Positions 26,990-39,511 of a stretch of DNA of 64,000 nucleotides are shown one piece after another. This DNA comes from Eledone cirrhosa (lineage: Eukaryota). The notes under the pieces are model-generated. The model was given only the letters and a program-made list of their open reading frames with translations. It made no database searches and was not told the DNA's origin. Each line of letters starts with the position of its first letter. Positions within the stretch are counted from its first letter, which is position 1. The stretch spans positions 202,430,001 through 202,494,000 of the forward strand of contig OZ024741.1 of assembly GCA_964016885.1 (NCBI GenBank), given 5' to 3'. Made by a program: the position numbers and the translations under genes.

Positions 26990-27480
26990 GTGAAGTGAAT
27001 TAAAACAATATATAATAAACCAGAACAGTTGTATTTGCCATGTTTGTCTTTTCTTCCACAACAAATAGACTTCGCTTCACATACACTACCTTTGGTAATG
27101 TGTATTATACTACATTATCTAATTTTTAGGTTACTGTGGTTTGTTGGAGATAGAGATTGGGTGTCCAGGATAGACTGGCGTTGTCCATGTTGGATTGAAT
27201 GCCTTTTTTGTACACAATTGTTGTTGTTTCTATTGGCCAAATATTTGTGAATCATTTTGCTTTCTTTACTATATCTTTTATATGTGTTGTGAATATTGTG
27301 CTGTTGTATGTGACTCCTAGTATTCTTGTTTTCTGTGAAAGGTGTGTTGAATTGAATATGATGTTCTCTGGGGAGGAAAGAGATGGTGGATTTGGTAGTT
27401 ACTATCTTTGGAGCCAAGTTTCTATGTAATTTATGTAGGACAACAGTTTAATGGTGGGAGAATGTGAGGATAATGTTATC
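26990..27480 (-). mobile_element. Possible decayed LINE ORF1 (CCHC knuckle-like) fragment
   Basis: CEAKSICCGRKDKHGKYNC resembles a gag-like knuckle; heavily frameshifted. Confidence 0.3.
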
Positions 27481-28139
27481 TGCACATGAAGTTGTCTGCA
27501 GAGGTAGTCAAGATAAATAATAGAATAATTTCAACTTATGATAGGCAGCATTACAGCATCTGTGATCTCTGCATAGATCCCACAAATAAGATAAAGAGAT
27601 AACTAAAAGCGAACTAATTGTACCTAAATAATCAATAACAATGATTATGTCAAGAAATACCAGAGAAAAAATGATGAGGTCAGATCTCAGGATGAATGGT
27701 CAAATTATGTATGGCAAAAATAAAAAGGGTTAAAAACCAGAGATTTGTGATATAGATGAGCTTACTATACAAGGGCATCAGGTGATGAAGGGCACCATTG
27801 TATTCAAATTAAATGCATTTGCGATTTAAAAAAAAATTTTTTTTTGCAGACTTAATATATAATCTTTGATTATCTACCAATGAGTTAGCCAAGAAAACTA
27901 ACGGACTTTTCTTACACCAGGAAATGAGATTTTGTTAGACATGAAAGCAGATAAAGTATAGTATCTAGAGAAACGGTGGAATGAAATTTAAGAAGGTATT
28001 GGCATCAAAAAGTTCCTCACTCCATTCAAAAGGCTAGCAGTATGAAACATATGTAAGAAATGGGATACTATGTAACAGTGAGATATGAACATTGGGTGTT
28101 GAGGATCCAGCAGGGATTGAAAAGAAATGAATCAACTAT

Positions 28140-30630
28140 TATCATCATCGTTTAACGTCTATCTTCCCTGCTAGCATGGATTAGATGGGAATTGTCCCAC
28201 TTGAGGCAAGATTGATTGGGTGACAGAGTCTCGCTCGTATAGGACTGTATCTGGTTTTCTATGGCTGGATGCCCTTCCTAACACCAACCACATTTACAGT
28301 GCAGACTGGGAGCCTTTTTACCGTGTCTCCTACACAATCACTTTACAGCGTTGACTGGGTGCTTTTTGTCGTGACACCTACACAACCTCTTTAGTGTAGA
28401 CTGGATGTTCTGTGGTATCAACATAACTTTACAGAGAAAGGGTGATGTGGGTGGAAGTGGGAGGATGGAGTAGGGGTAGTGGATTGGGGTGTATATTTGG
28501 TTAAGAGGTGCCTACTGACTGTAGGTTTAACTATGTATGTTCTTTCCATCTCATTAAATGTTTCACCATTACCATCACCTTTGTCTTTCTGATATTTACT
28601 TTCATACCTTTTGACTCCACCCATTCATTTCCCTCAATCCACCCATACTCTATGCCATTAGCAACAGGTCATATGCATACAGAAACTCCCATGGTAAACC
28701 TTTACCCTTTGGACCAGTACTTCCATCACAACTCCAAACAGTTTTCTTGTCCTCCATCATTATGATTGTACATGCTTTCTAATACATTGTCACCATTACT
28801 CTAACCAACCATTACTTCCCTCCCAAGTCTCTCAATGCCTATGACACTATTTTATGTAGAATCCATATTGACAGATTTTTTCCAGATTAATGAACTCCAA
28901 AAACAAATTCTTCCTCTTCTTCCTTTACTTCTGTAACACTCTCACAATGAAAATGACATCATCTGTGTCTTTTCTTGGCTCAAATCCAAACTGAATTTCA
29001 TCAATCCTCACTTTTTCTTTATATTGTTCTCTAATACTCTTTCCAATACCTTCATTTCATGTTTCAGAAGCTTAATTGATCTATATAAGCCAGTCTAGTT
29101 GATCACCTTTCCCCTTCTACAGAGGGATGGCAGTATTCGGGAGTATGGTCTTCTTTCAGCACCAACTTACAGATCTGTCATTCTCTTCACACCCCAACTT
29201 CTTGCAGCAGTTAACATATCTCCCACAACTCCTGTCAGTCCTCCTATCCTTCCACCTTTCCTTAATTTCATCTGAGTCTACAACAACTTCTTCCACTTCA
29301 TCCTTCAACAGTTTACCCCTGTTACATCACATCTCTCTTTTGCTAACTGCCTTGTAATCCTAAACACATCTCTCTAACCCTGCTCTGAATCCCTTCATTC
29401 TATAAACATTTTTCTTTGTGCCTCCTGTGCACTTGTCACTCCTTTCTTTGTAGCCCACTTGCCTGCTCTGTAACTCTTCTGCTACCACCTTATTTCTATG
29501 CCATTCTCTGAATCTCTTTCCTTTCTCATCAATCTTCTTTCCAGCTTCAACACCTCACCTACATATTTCCAAGTGTCTTTGTGGTCTTTTTGTCCATCCA
29601 CACATACCATCTCTGAACAAACCAACTTTCATAAACTTCCAAGTTTCTCTCTTAGAGCCTTCCTCACTGTTGCATCTTTTATCCTTCTCTCATTCAGTCT
29701 TGGTTGGTATTCCATTTGTTGAGCTCTCCTCCCACCTTTCACCCTTAGATCACAGACAACTAGATGGTGTTATGTAACAACCTCTTACTCTAGGATAACC
29801 TTTGTTTCATAAAGGTTCCTCCTATCTTACTTATGTACTATTAGTTGATAATGATCCACCTGATGTGTATGTAACAAGTTTGTTGTCTTCTTTCTAGAAT
29901 TGGGTGTTACAAATTAACATAGCAGTTCCTTCAGCAGACTCCAAAATCCTTTTACCATCTTCATCATTTGCAACATACCTGTATCAAGTATAGACTCCCT
30001 CAAAACAATTCAAATACCTTCCTACATGTCCATTCAAATTCTTTCCTATCACAATAACTTCCTTGTTTTCTCTTCGACACTCTGACCTGCCTGCGAGGCA
30101 TATTCCGAAGTGATGTTTACTAAGAACTTTCCAGTCAGCAGCTTCACCATCAACTATTTACCCACTCTAGTCATAGTCACCACACTCTACTAACTCTACA
30201 GAAACCACCTTCTGAACAATCTTGCCACACAAACTTGTTTTCTTCTAAAAGTTCTTGCACCAATTCCTTTCCATCTTGTTTCTCCCACATAACATTATGT
30301 CCACTCTTATATTCAGTGCCTCCACCACTTCTTCACTTTGTCATTATCCTTACATTTCATGTCCCAAACATCATTTACAGACATCCACAAAGGATACAAA
30401 GCATTTGGCTATCATAAGTGGACTCAACTTCTCCCTTGTTTCAACCAGGTTCTTCATCTTGAGTTTTGACCCTCAGAAGGTACTTCAAGTTGTACCTTGC
30501 TCATATGTTATTTTATTGATCATTAAGTTGTTTTTTTTTGCATTATTTTAAAACCAAATGCCTTTCCTGGTGCAAACTCTTTTAGTTGCCATTTATGACA
30601 TGCAGAGATATGGTGTACCTATTCTAAACT
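28140..30630 (-). mobile_element. Decayed RTE LINE including its 5' terminus
   Basis: RTE 3' UTR at 28140-28440; RT/APE remnants (QFGFEPRKDT, YRREGD, ILE*EVVT*HHLVVCD); RTE 5' motif at 30576-30627. Confidence 0.75.
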
Positions 30631-30819
30631 GGAACATGTATTTATATATATGCTAGCAGAGATGGAGATCATCATCATCATCATTTAACGTCCATTTTTC
30701 CACGTTGGTATGAGTTAGATGAATTGTTCCATTGCAAGACAAATTAGATCAGATGGTCATGTCTTGCTCATACAGACCTGTTTCTGGCTTGGTTTCTACA
30801 GCTGGAAGCCATCCTAACT

Positions 30820-31500
30820 CCAACCATATTTACAGTGTGGAATAGGTGCTTTTTATCATGGCACCTAAATGACTACTTTCCAGTGTAGACTGGGCACTTC
30901 TTTGTAATCTCACCAAAATGACCACTTTGCAGTGTGTACTGAGCACTTTTTGTTGTGGCACCAAAAACAACCACTTTACAGTGTGGACTGGGTACTTGGC
31001 ACCAAAATGACCACATTTCAGTGTGGATTAAACGCTTTTTGTCATATCACTATTTGATCACTTTACATGCTTTTGTCATGACTACCACTTTATAGGGAGG
31101 ACTGGGCATTTATTGTCATGTTGCTAACACAATCACTCTCTGCTTTTTGTTGTTTCACCAACATGGACACCTTACAGGGCTGACTGGGTGCTCTTTGTCA
31201 TGTCACCAATGTGGCCACTCCTCCAGGTGGACCAGGCACCTTCTGTCATGCCACAAAGATGCCCCCTTTACAGGGTGGGCTGGGTGCCTCCTGTCGTGTC
31301 AACAACATGACCACCTTATAGGGTAGAAAGGGTGCTTATTTGTCATGTCATCTGAATGACCACCTTGCTTGGTGGATTAGGTGCTCTTTTGTCATGTTAC
31401 CGTACAGCGAGGGCTAGATGCTCTTTTGTCAGGCACCTTACATGGTGGATTAGAGACTTTTGTTGTGTCACCTGCATGACCACCTTACAGGGTGGGCTGA
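30820..31500. repeat. Degenerate ~45-bp tandem array in the RTE 3' UTR (roughly 14 units)
   Basis: Recurrent gaccactttacagtgtggactgggtgctttttgtc; shorter arrays at ~2930-3030, ~47990-48330, ~63140-63300. Confidence 0.85.
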
Positions 31501-31567
31501 TAGCTATTAGCCATTGTCCATTTTAGCAGCATTGTGGGAGACTGTGTTCACTTTCTATACTTGTTGA

Positions 31568-32994
31568 CAGTGGTGGACTGGCCAGGTGGCCAGGTTACCC
31601 AATGGCATGTGGGCCCCAGAGGGCCCACAGTAACACTGCAGGGGCCCACGATAGCATTGCAGTGGCCCACGATAGCATTGCAGGGGCCCACTGTAGTATT
31701 TTAGGGGCCAATGCTTTGCTTTAAAGAAATATCTTTTTTTAAATGTCTTAGAGAAAGAATAACATTTTTTTAAAATAAATAAACAAATAAGCAAAGCATT
31801 TGGTCAAACAATTCCCGAGGGAATTAATAGAAACCAAAATATATGATTGTCCTAACAGTTAAAGTCACTGGCTTACTGTATTCTTTCATGCATGCATACA
31901 TACATGGACACACTCACATGCACACATATATATATATCATCATCATCGTCATCATCACCGTTTTACGTCCGTTCTTCCACGCTAGCATGGGTTAGATGGG
32001 TTGTCCTGTTGTGGGCAGTGTCCAGTCGGCTGACCTTGTCTTGCTCCTATGGGAACTGATTCTGGCTTGATTTCTACAGCTGGATGCCATTCCTAACACC
32101 AACCTCATTTACAGTGAGTGCTGGGTGCTTTTTTTCCGTGTCGCCTCCACATCCACTTTACAGTGTGGGCTGGGTGCTTTTTTGCTGTGGCACCTCCACG
32201 ACCACTTTGCAGTGGAATGATAGGGACCCCAGTCCTATCATCTCATTTCTACAGCTGAGTAAACTGGAGCAATATGAAATAAAGTGTCTTGCTCAAGGAA
32301 ACAACACATCACCTGGTCTGAGAATTGAACTCACAACTTTTCGATTGCAAGCCCAATGCCATATATATACTTACCACTAAGCCATATATATACTTACACA
32401 TACACACAAGCTGCTGGCCAAATAATTTTTGATATCAATTGGTTAAAGAGATATGTACAATCAATTAGTAGTCAGTTCTTCAGTCTAAAATCCCTAGGGA
32501 GAATGAGTCGCCAAATAATGTTTGTACAAGTTGAAAACATGTATGTACACATATATATAAATCTATATATACACATTTACATGTACACTCGTACACACAC
32601 TTCCAGATATATATAATGAGTGAGTGTGAAAAACCAGAGGTCATTATTGAACATCTCTAGATGTGTATATTTTTTTTTATTGGAGAAGGTAAAACGATCA
32701 CTTGCATACTCTACTCTAAATAACAGTATACTATACATTCACAATTATTTAAAAATTCAATTATAACATTTAGTATTACTGTATACTGCCAGTAATATGT
32801 ACAGTATATACACTATAATTAGTAAAACACCCATTTTTTTCTGTAAAAAATTTGATTGCACTATTTTGTTTCCACTTACGTAATTTTTGAGAATGTTATT
32901 TATTCATTATAAAAATTAAATGATAGCATTCTATATATGGGTGGGCCCCCTTTATGTTCTGGCAACCAATATTTTTAGACTCAGTCTGCCACTG
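31568..32994. mobile_element. hAT-type MITE with 21-bp subterminal repeats, hosting an RTE tail (31938-32215) and a SINE fragment
   Basis: TIRs cagtggtggactg / cagtctgccactg; 8-bp TSD cttgttga / cttgctgg (2 mismatches); ggcccacgatagcattgcag repeats at 31610-31710. Confidence 0.75.
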
Positions 32995-34520
32995 CTTGCT
33001 GGTCAACAGAGGTACATCAAATGTGGAAAGTGGGGATGGGGATTGGAGAGACAGGTCTTGGGTGGGGTACTTTACTGGTGAAGGGTGGAGTGTTAAGATG
33101 TGGGCAATGTATAGAAGGGGGGGATACGTGGTGCATACTAGAGGCCACTAGATGTTGCTACATCCTGTGCACATGGGGGGGGGGGGAGTTCTTCTGCTGA
33201 CTGCATAAAGCCAGAGATCTCGATCCAGTGTCATCGCCATTGAGTGGTGAAATTCTGTGAGGATAGCTTTTATCATCTCATCTTGATACTTCTTAGGTCT
33301 TTCTCTTCCATAGTTTCCATCAACTTTGAGCACTCTGAACCTTTTTTTTAAAGCTGTCAACCATCATACGCATTGCATGTCCATACCACCGCAATCTTCT
33401 CTCCTGCACACTGCATCTGATCCCTCTTATGCCCAGTTTCTCTCTCAGTTTATTTACGCTTTGCCGGTCATGTATGTTATTATATATACATCGGAGTATG
33501 CAGGCTTAATTTCTTTCCAATCTACATGTCCTCAGCATACAGCACCCAGGTCTCACTACCATGCAATATTACTGTTTGTATGAAAGCATCATACAATCTG
33601 CCTATCATGTTGAGCATTACACACTCTGCCCTAACCTTTTGTAGCTAGCAGCAGTAGTATCTCCCTGAACTTTTTCTATCCCATTCTCACTCTGGCTACT
33701 GTACTTTCAGAACACCCAGGTGACAGAAGCCGTCTACTGCTTCTATGAAACCTTCTATGAATTTGATAGAGCTTGTTTCCTGTGAGCATTTGCTGCTTAC
33801 TGCTCCTATGCATATAACATCTACGTTCTTTGCTAGCCTACCTGAAATCTTGCTACATCTCTTGTGTACCCATAGTTTTCACTTGGGACAGAGGATGGAA
33901 TTTCTATCTACTCCTTTCCTATACACTGAGCACAGCCATTTCCCTGTGGGGTTAAGGGCCTTGTTTTCCTTTCTACTTACTAGGACTTTAGTCTTTGCAA
34001 GTTGACTTTAAGACCTTTTGATTCCAAGTTATGCTTCCAGGTCAAGAAGTTTTTCTCAAGTCCTGCCATAGATTCAGCTATGAGAGTTAGATTATCAGCA
34101 TACATGAGTTCCCAAGGGCATCCTGTTTTAAAACCTGGAAGATGATTATAAACAGGGGAGGGGTAAGGATGGAGTCCTGTCCTTACAATAGTCATTATCA
34201 ATTTTAACCTTGTTAACTGTCCCTCTATACATGGCTTGTACTGCCTTCATAAGCCACTCGTCGACCCCTAATCTCCTAAGTGCCCACCAGATTACAGAAC
34301 GGGGACCCTGTCAAAAGCTTTCTCCAGATCAACAAATTCCAAGTAGAGGGGGTTTACTTTTAGCTAGGTACTTCTGCAGTTATTTCACAAAGAAGAGGGC
34401 ATTGGTGGTACTTTTACCTGGTGCAAATCTGGACTGAATCTCATCTAGATTAATTCAATCCATAATCATTTATATGACTCTTTGTAACTTTCATGACCTA
34501 GTCCATTAACTTGTCTAGAG

Positions 34521-35494
34521 CAAAGGTTCTCAACGGGGGACATATGCCCCCCCCCCTCGGGGGGGGGGGGGGGGCATTTTGGAGCAAGGGGGCGTTAGGG
34601 GGTCATTTGGAGCTTTGGAGGGTGCTGGAAGGCTCTTTATTTTGGTAAGTTTTATAAGCCATATTTGTACATCTCTCAAGACAGTCAGTTTGAATACATT
34701 TGAATGAACATGCAGACAGCATAACTATGGTCTGACCGCAGCTGCGAGCTGGTGTGCATGCATATCTAGACATTAACCGGCAATTGAGATCCTAAAAATA
34801 GAAAAACCCACAGTCAACTGGGTCAAGGACACTTTGAGTGCAGCCAATTAGAATCTTGTCTCTCCTTCACCAATAACAATGTATTTCATATCTGAAAGTA
34901 TTGATTCAACCACAAGTTAACACAATGTAGATCTATTTTATTCCTTATTGTATAAATAATATTACAAATAAATAAGAAAAGGAAAAAGAAAACAGAAAAG
35001 AAAATACACAGAAGCGGGTAGCACACACATCTAGAACCCCATACAACACATAAGCAGCTAATACATACATCTAGGACCACATACAACACACAAGCAGCTA
35101 ATACATACATCTAGGACCACATACAACACACAAGCAGCTAATACATACATCTAGGACTACATACAACACACAAGCAGCTAATACATACATCTAGGACCAC
35201 ATACAACACATAAGCAGGTAATACATACATCTAGGACCACATACAACACATAAGCAGGTAATACATACATCTAGGACCACATACAACACACAGGCAGGTA
35301 ATATACATATCTAGGACCACATACTCTCAACTGCCTGCAATGGTATCTTTGAAATATTGTTAATCAATTTTTTAGTAATCTACTGATATCAAAATCAGTA
35401 GTATATTGAAAACTGGAAAAATAGGGTAAGGGGGCATTTCGTGATTTCAAGGGGCAAAAGGGGGCGTTTGGCCTAAATGGGTTGAGAACCTGTG
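34521..35494. mobile_element. hAT (Charlie/Buster-type) MITE, 974 bp
   Basis: TIRs caaaggttctcaac / gttgagaacctgtg; perfect 8-bp TSD GTCTAGAG at 34513-34520 and 35495-35502. Confidence 0.92.
35027..35323. repeat. 40-bp minisatellite, 7 full units plus partials
   Basis: atacaacacaYaagcagStaatacatacatctaggaccac head-to-tail from 35041 to 35320. Confidence 0.97.
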
Positions 35495-36782
35495 GTCTAG
35501 AGCATCACCTTTACCCTTGTAGCAGTTGACGATGACTCTGCTATTCTAGTCACTGAGTATAGCACTATTTTGTATTTGGTTTACAATATGGGCAGTTATG
35601 GTGAGACCTACCATCCTAGATGTTTTCAGCATCTCAGCAACTACTCCTGATGACCCGGCTGTTTTGCCTGTCTTCATATCTTTAATTACCTTACTTACTA
35701 TGCTGTCACTGACCTGTACAGCTGTTGGGTCTACTTGGAGCAGCCTATCTTCCTCCTATGCATTCTTCAGTCTCTCATAATGACACTTCCATTCTGCCTT
35801 CTTTTCGGTATCAGTAACGGCAAGTGCACCATTGTTATCTCTGACACACTGCTCCCCAACAGTATCAATTTTCCCTGACTCACTGCCTCGTGATCTTGAA
35901 CAACTCATAATATGCATATACTTTTTATTTTCTGCTTCTGCCTTGCAAAGTATACTTGGTGCCTAGCCTCTTGGCAAAGTTCTCTGCTTCCCTCATTTTG
36001 CCATTCTTTCTATGCCTTCATTGTTTCATCCTCCCTATTATTCCACCACCAAGTCACTATTCTGCTCCCTGGACCACTGCTCTAGCCACATACCTTGTGG
36101 CCTTCAGTAGATTGTCTCTCAGGAACTCCTCTATATTGTATGTTGCTATTTCTTCTTCCTTATTTTCAAAAGTGTCAAGTAAAATATTCCTAAATTTGTT
36201 ACTGGCAGAAGGCTACTTCAATTTCCATATACTTCTCCTCCAGGTTTCCCCCTGTCTTCAAGTTCGTCTAGCTCTAATTAACAAATTGCTGAATACTAGG
36301 TTATGTTGGGAGGTGCATTCATCACAAGAGAGGGATTTTGTGTTTACAACCAATGCTCTATCTCATATTCTGGTGAAGGTGAAATCTATTTGGCTCACCT
36401 GATCTATAGGTGATCAAGTGGTTGTCTGGTTTTTTTAAGTTAGTGTTACAGAACGTTAGTTCATTAGTGTCTCAGAATTCTAGGAGCCTGGATTCTTCTT
36501 CATATCTAGCACCAAACCCCTAACCCCCATGGATCCTGTCAAAGCAATCACTGTGTTGCCAAATGCCACCCACTATAGAAGTTGTTTGCATTAGTGATTT
36601 GTAAAAGTACTTTTAACTCATCTAATTGTGGTGCATATCACGGGTGGTGGAAGTACTTCTGAATTGGGTGGGGGGTGGCAAATTTGATCAATTTAGTTGT
36701 AGTGATTAGTTAAGCTGTTATCAAATATCAACCGAGATATAAAAAACTTTGATATGTGATAAACATAACACAAATACAAATA

Positions 36783-37130
36783 GACGGTAGCTAGAAAAAC
36801 CTGGGACGACTTGATAAAATCTGACCTCACACACTTACACCTCTCCAAGACAATGTCACTGGACCGAGATCTTTGGCGCTACGTAGTAATACAGTAGACC
36901 CGCCTTGCCTAAGTACAAAGCGAAACCTACAGCCATGAGGCACCTCTTAACCAAAATACACCCCCGTCCTACTAACCCTACCCCCACCGCCATCTACACC
37001 ACCCCTTTCGATGTAAAGCTATGTTGGTACCACAACATCCAGTCCTAAATAAATGAGGTCGTGTAGGTGTCATGACAAAAAAACACACAGTCCACGCTGT
37101 AATGTGGCCGTGTAGGTAACACGGTAAAAG
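36783..37130 (+). mobile_element. RTE C-terminus and partial 3' UTR
   Basis: RKTWDDLIKSDLTHLHLSKTMSLDRDLWRY. Confidence 0.8.
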
Positions 37131-39511
37131 AGTCTGAAACTTGACACATATAAAACTCGACCCGTAGATTGGAATAGGCTACTTGAAAGTTTCGAAAAAT
37201 CGATAATCGGGCCCCCAGAAGCCAAAAATCGATATTTTCAAAAATCGTCCGATTTCGATGAAACTCGACGCAAGTGTGTATTTTGATCCGGGGATGAACG
37301 TGGGCTACATTAAATTTTTGACAAATAGATAATTGGATCACCAGAGGCAAAAATCGATATTTACGAAATTTGTCCGATCCCAATGAAATTTGACGTAGGT
37401 ATGTATTTTGACGTAGGTATTTATTTTGATGCGGGGCTCAACGATAATCGGACCCCCAGAGGCAAAAATCGATATTTTCAGAATTCGTCCGATTTCAATG
37501 AAATTTGATATTACCACAATAATAGATCCATTAGGAGTTACTCGAAGGCTGCAAAATTTCAGAAAGTATTTTTAAACTCATAAATCATGCGTTAAATGAG
37601 ACCTTTAAGAGTTAGGGCAGACAATTATTCATAGTTTAATTATCAATGGCGCAATATCTTCTACCCTGGGGCCAATTCTCCATGCAGAGCCTTAAAGCAT
37701 CCCTTCGCGCTATCCCATTATCTATCAGCATCCCATTATCTATCAGCAACCGAAAAACGCCATTCTTCTTGCTTCCATTTGTCGCGACTCCCACCATACA
37801 AAAAACGTTCAATCTATCAGGATTAACCACCGTAAGTCTCTTTAAATTAACGCTCACCATATTCAGCAAACCTTTTATGCCGATTCTTCCATTTCTTATA
37901 TAAGGACTATCAAGACTATACCGCCGCGCATCATCCTGTATTGCGCCCACTTCTCAAGCGATCATCGAGCCTCCATGCGCTCTCTTCATTCCCGTGGTCC
38001 CACTACCGTAGCATAATGAGGCATCCGTCAACCCCTGCCCTCTCTGTATCACCATGTGCATCTCTGCCCTGTCAGCCGCAATTCCTTCCCCGGCCCTTTC
38101 CATTGCCATCCGTGGTCCCTAAGGACTGCCACGGCTCAACATGCCGAATCCCTGCCACCGACTACCCCTGCCCATTTCCATTGCCTACACTCCGGTAGAG
38201 CTCAAGACTTCCATGCCTGACCAAGCCGCATCCCTGCCACCGTCAACCCCTGCCCTCTCCGTTCCCTGCACGCCGTCGTCCCACTGCATCATCATGCCGC
38301 ATCAATGCTCTGTCAGCCGCCATCCCCTCCTCGGCCCTTTCTTTTACCTGCCCGCAATGCTCCTTCAAGACTGCCATGGCTCATCATGCGGCATCCTTGC
38401 CACAGTCCACCCCTGCCCTCTTCCTTGCCTGCTGGCCGTCGTCCCACTGCATCGTCATGCCTCAGGATGCCGCATCCATGCACTGTTAGCCACCATCCCC
38501 TCCTCGGCCCTTTCTTTTTCCTGACCGCCGTGCTCCTTCAAGACTCCCATGGCTATCTATGCTGCATCAATTCCTTGCCACCCGCTTAAACGTCATCAGC
38601 ATGGCTTATTGTTGCCCCATTTGACCACCGATTTTTCGCAGGCTAAACACAATACCAACGTGCACGATAGTCCATGGTAAATCTTTTTAATTACATGTTT
38701 ATCATGCTAAGCAAAGGATGAATAGCAACTCTTTCATTTCTCCTGACATGCCGTTCTGTCAATTATGGCCGAGAAGCATCCTGTGTAGCATCGCGTCTTC
38801 TCAAGCGATCAGCGTGCCTTCCACTGTCCTCACAATTGACTCACAACACCGCATCTATTCCCTGCAACGCCCCTGAACATCATCAGCATGGCTTCTTTTT
38901 CTGCCGCGTTTAACCGGCCCTCATTTTAGGCCATAAACAACAAAATCGCACGATGATGCTGCGTAAGTCTATTTAAATTAAAGGTCAACATGTTCAGCAA
39001 AACAATTGTACCAATTCTTCCTCTTCACCTCCAAGGCCTACCCATTCCATCTTAGAGGTCGGGATTCGCAATTTGTACGATTTCAATATTGACACAACAG
39101 TCCGTCAGGTTTTTCGGTACATGTTGCTCCGATAGGAGTATCAACGTAATTTTCACTTAATTTGTAAGTGTTCAGTCTTCCGTATGCTTTTATTTTTTAT
39201 TGATTCAACACCGACTACAATCATCTAACTTCACTTTGTAGGCTAGACGCGAATCACAAGGAAAACAATCCTCTGATATACAACCCCACCAAATTCTTTG
39301 GTCGGCCTAGATTTCAATGGCTATATCCTTTGCTTTTGTACGGTTGTACATTTGACAATGTCGCAAAACATTATTCCACTTGATTCCTACCTTTCAGCTA
39401 TGAATTGGGCAGTGCCTTAAAATCCCGGTTTATTTGCGTGCAATTTTTTGGTATCTTATGAATGGAGAATCGAAAACCCTTTTTCTCATAACCTGATACA
39501 TGCGTTATACA

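Larger units (their letters stand above)
30668..36640 (-). mobile_element. Long decayed RTE LINE split by two hAT MITEs
   Basis: (GAT)n tail, 3' UTR repeat array, C-terminus GRERPKKY, RT CPWELMYADNL and APE remnants are collinear once 31568-32994 and 34521-35494 are removed. Confidence 0.85.

Noticed and set aside
30820-31500. Repeat-spacer-like array
   Set aside because: The variable parts are homologous to each other; it is a degenerate tandem array in an RTE 3' UTR
35027-35323. Regular 40-bp repeats resembling a CRISPR array
   Set aside because: Units are contiguous with no unique spacers, no cas genes, and lie inside a hAT MITE in eukaryotic DNA
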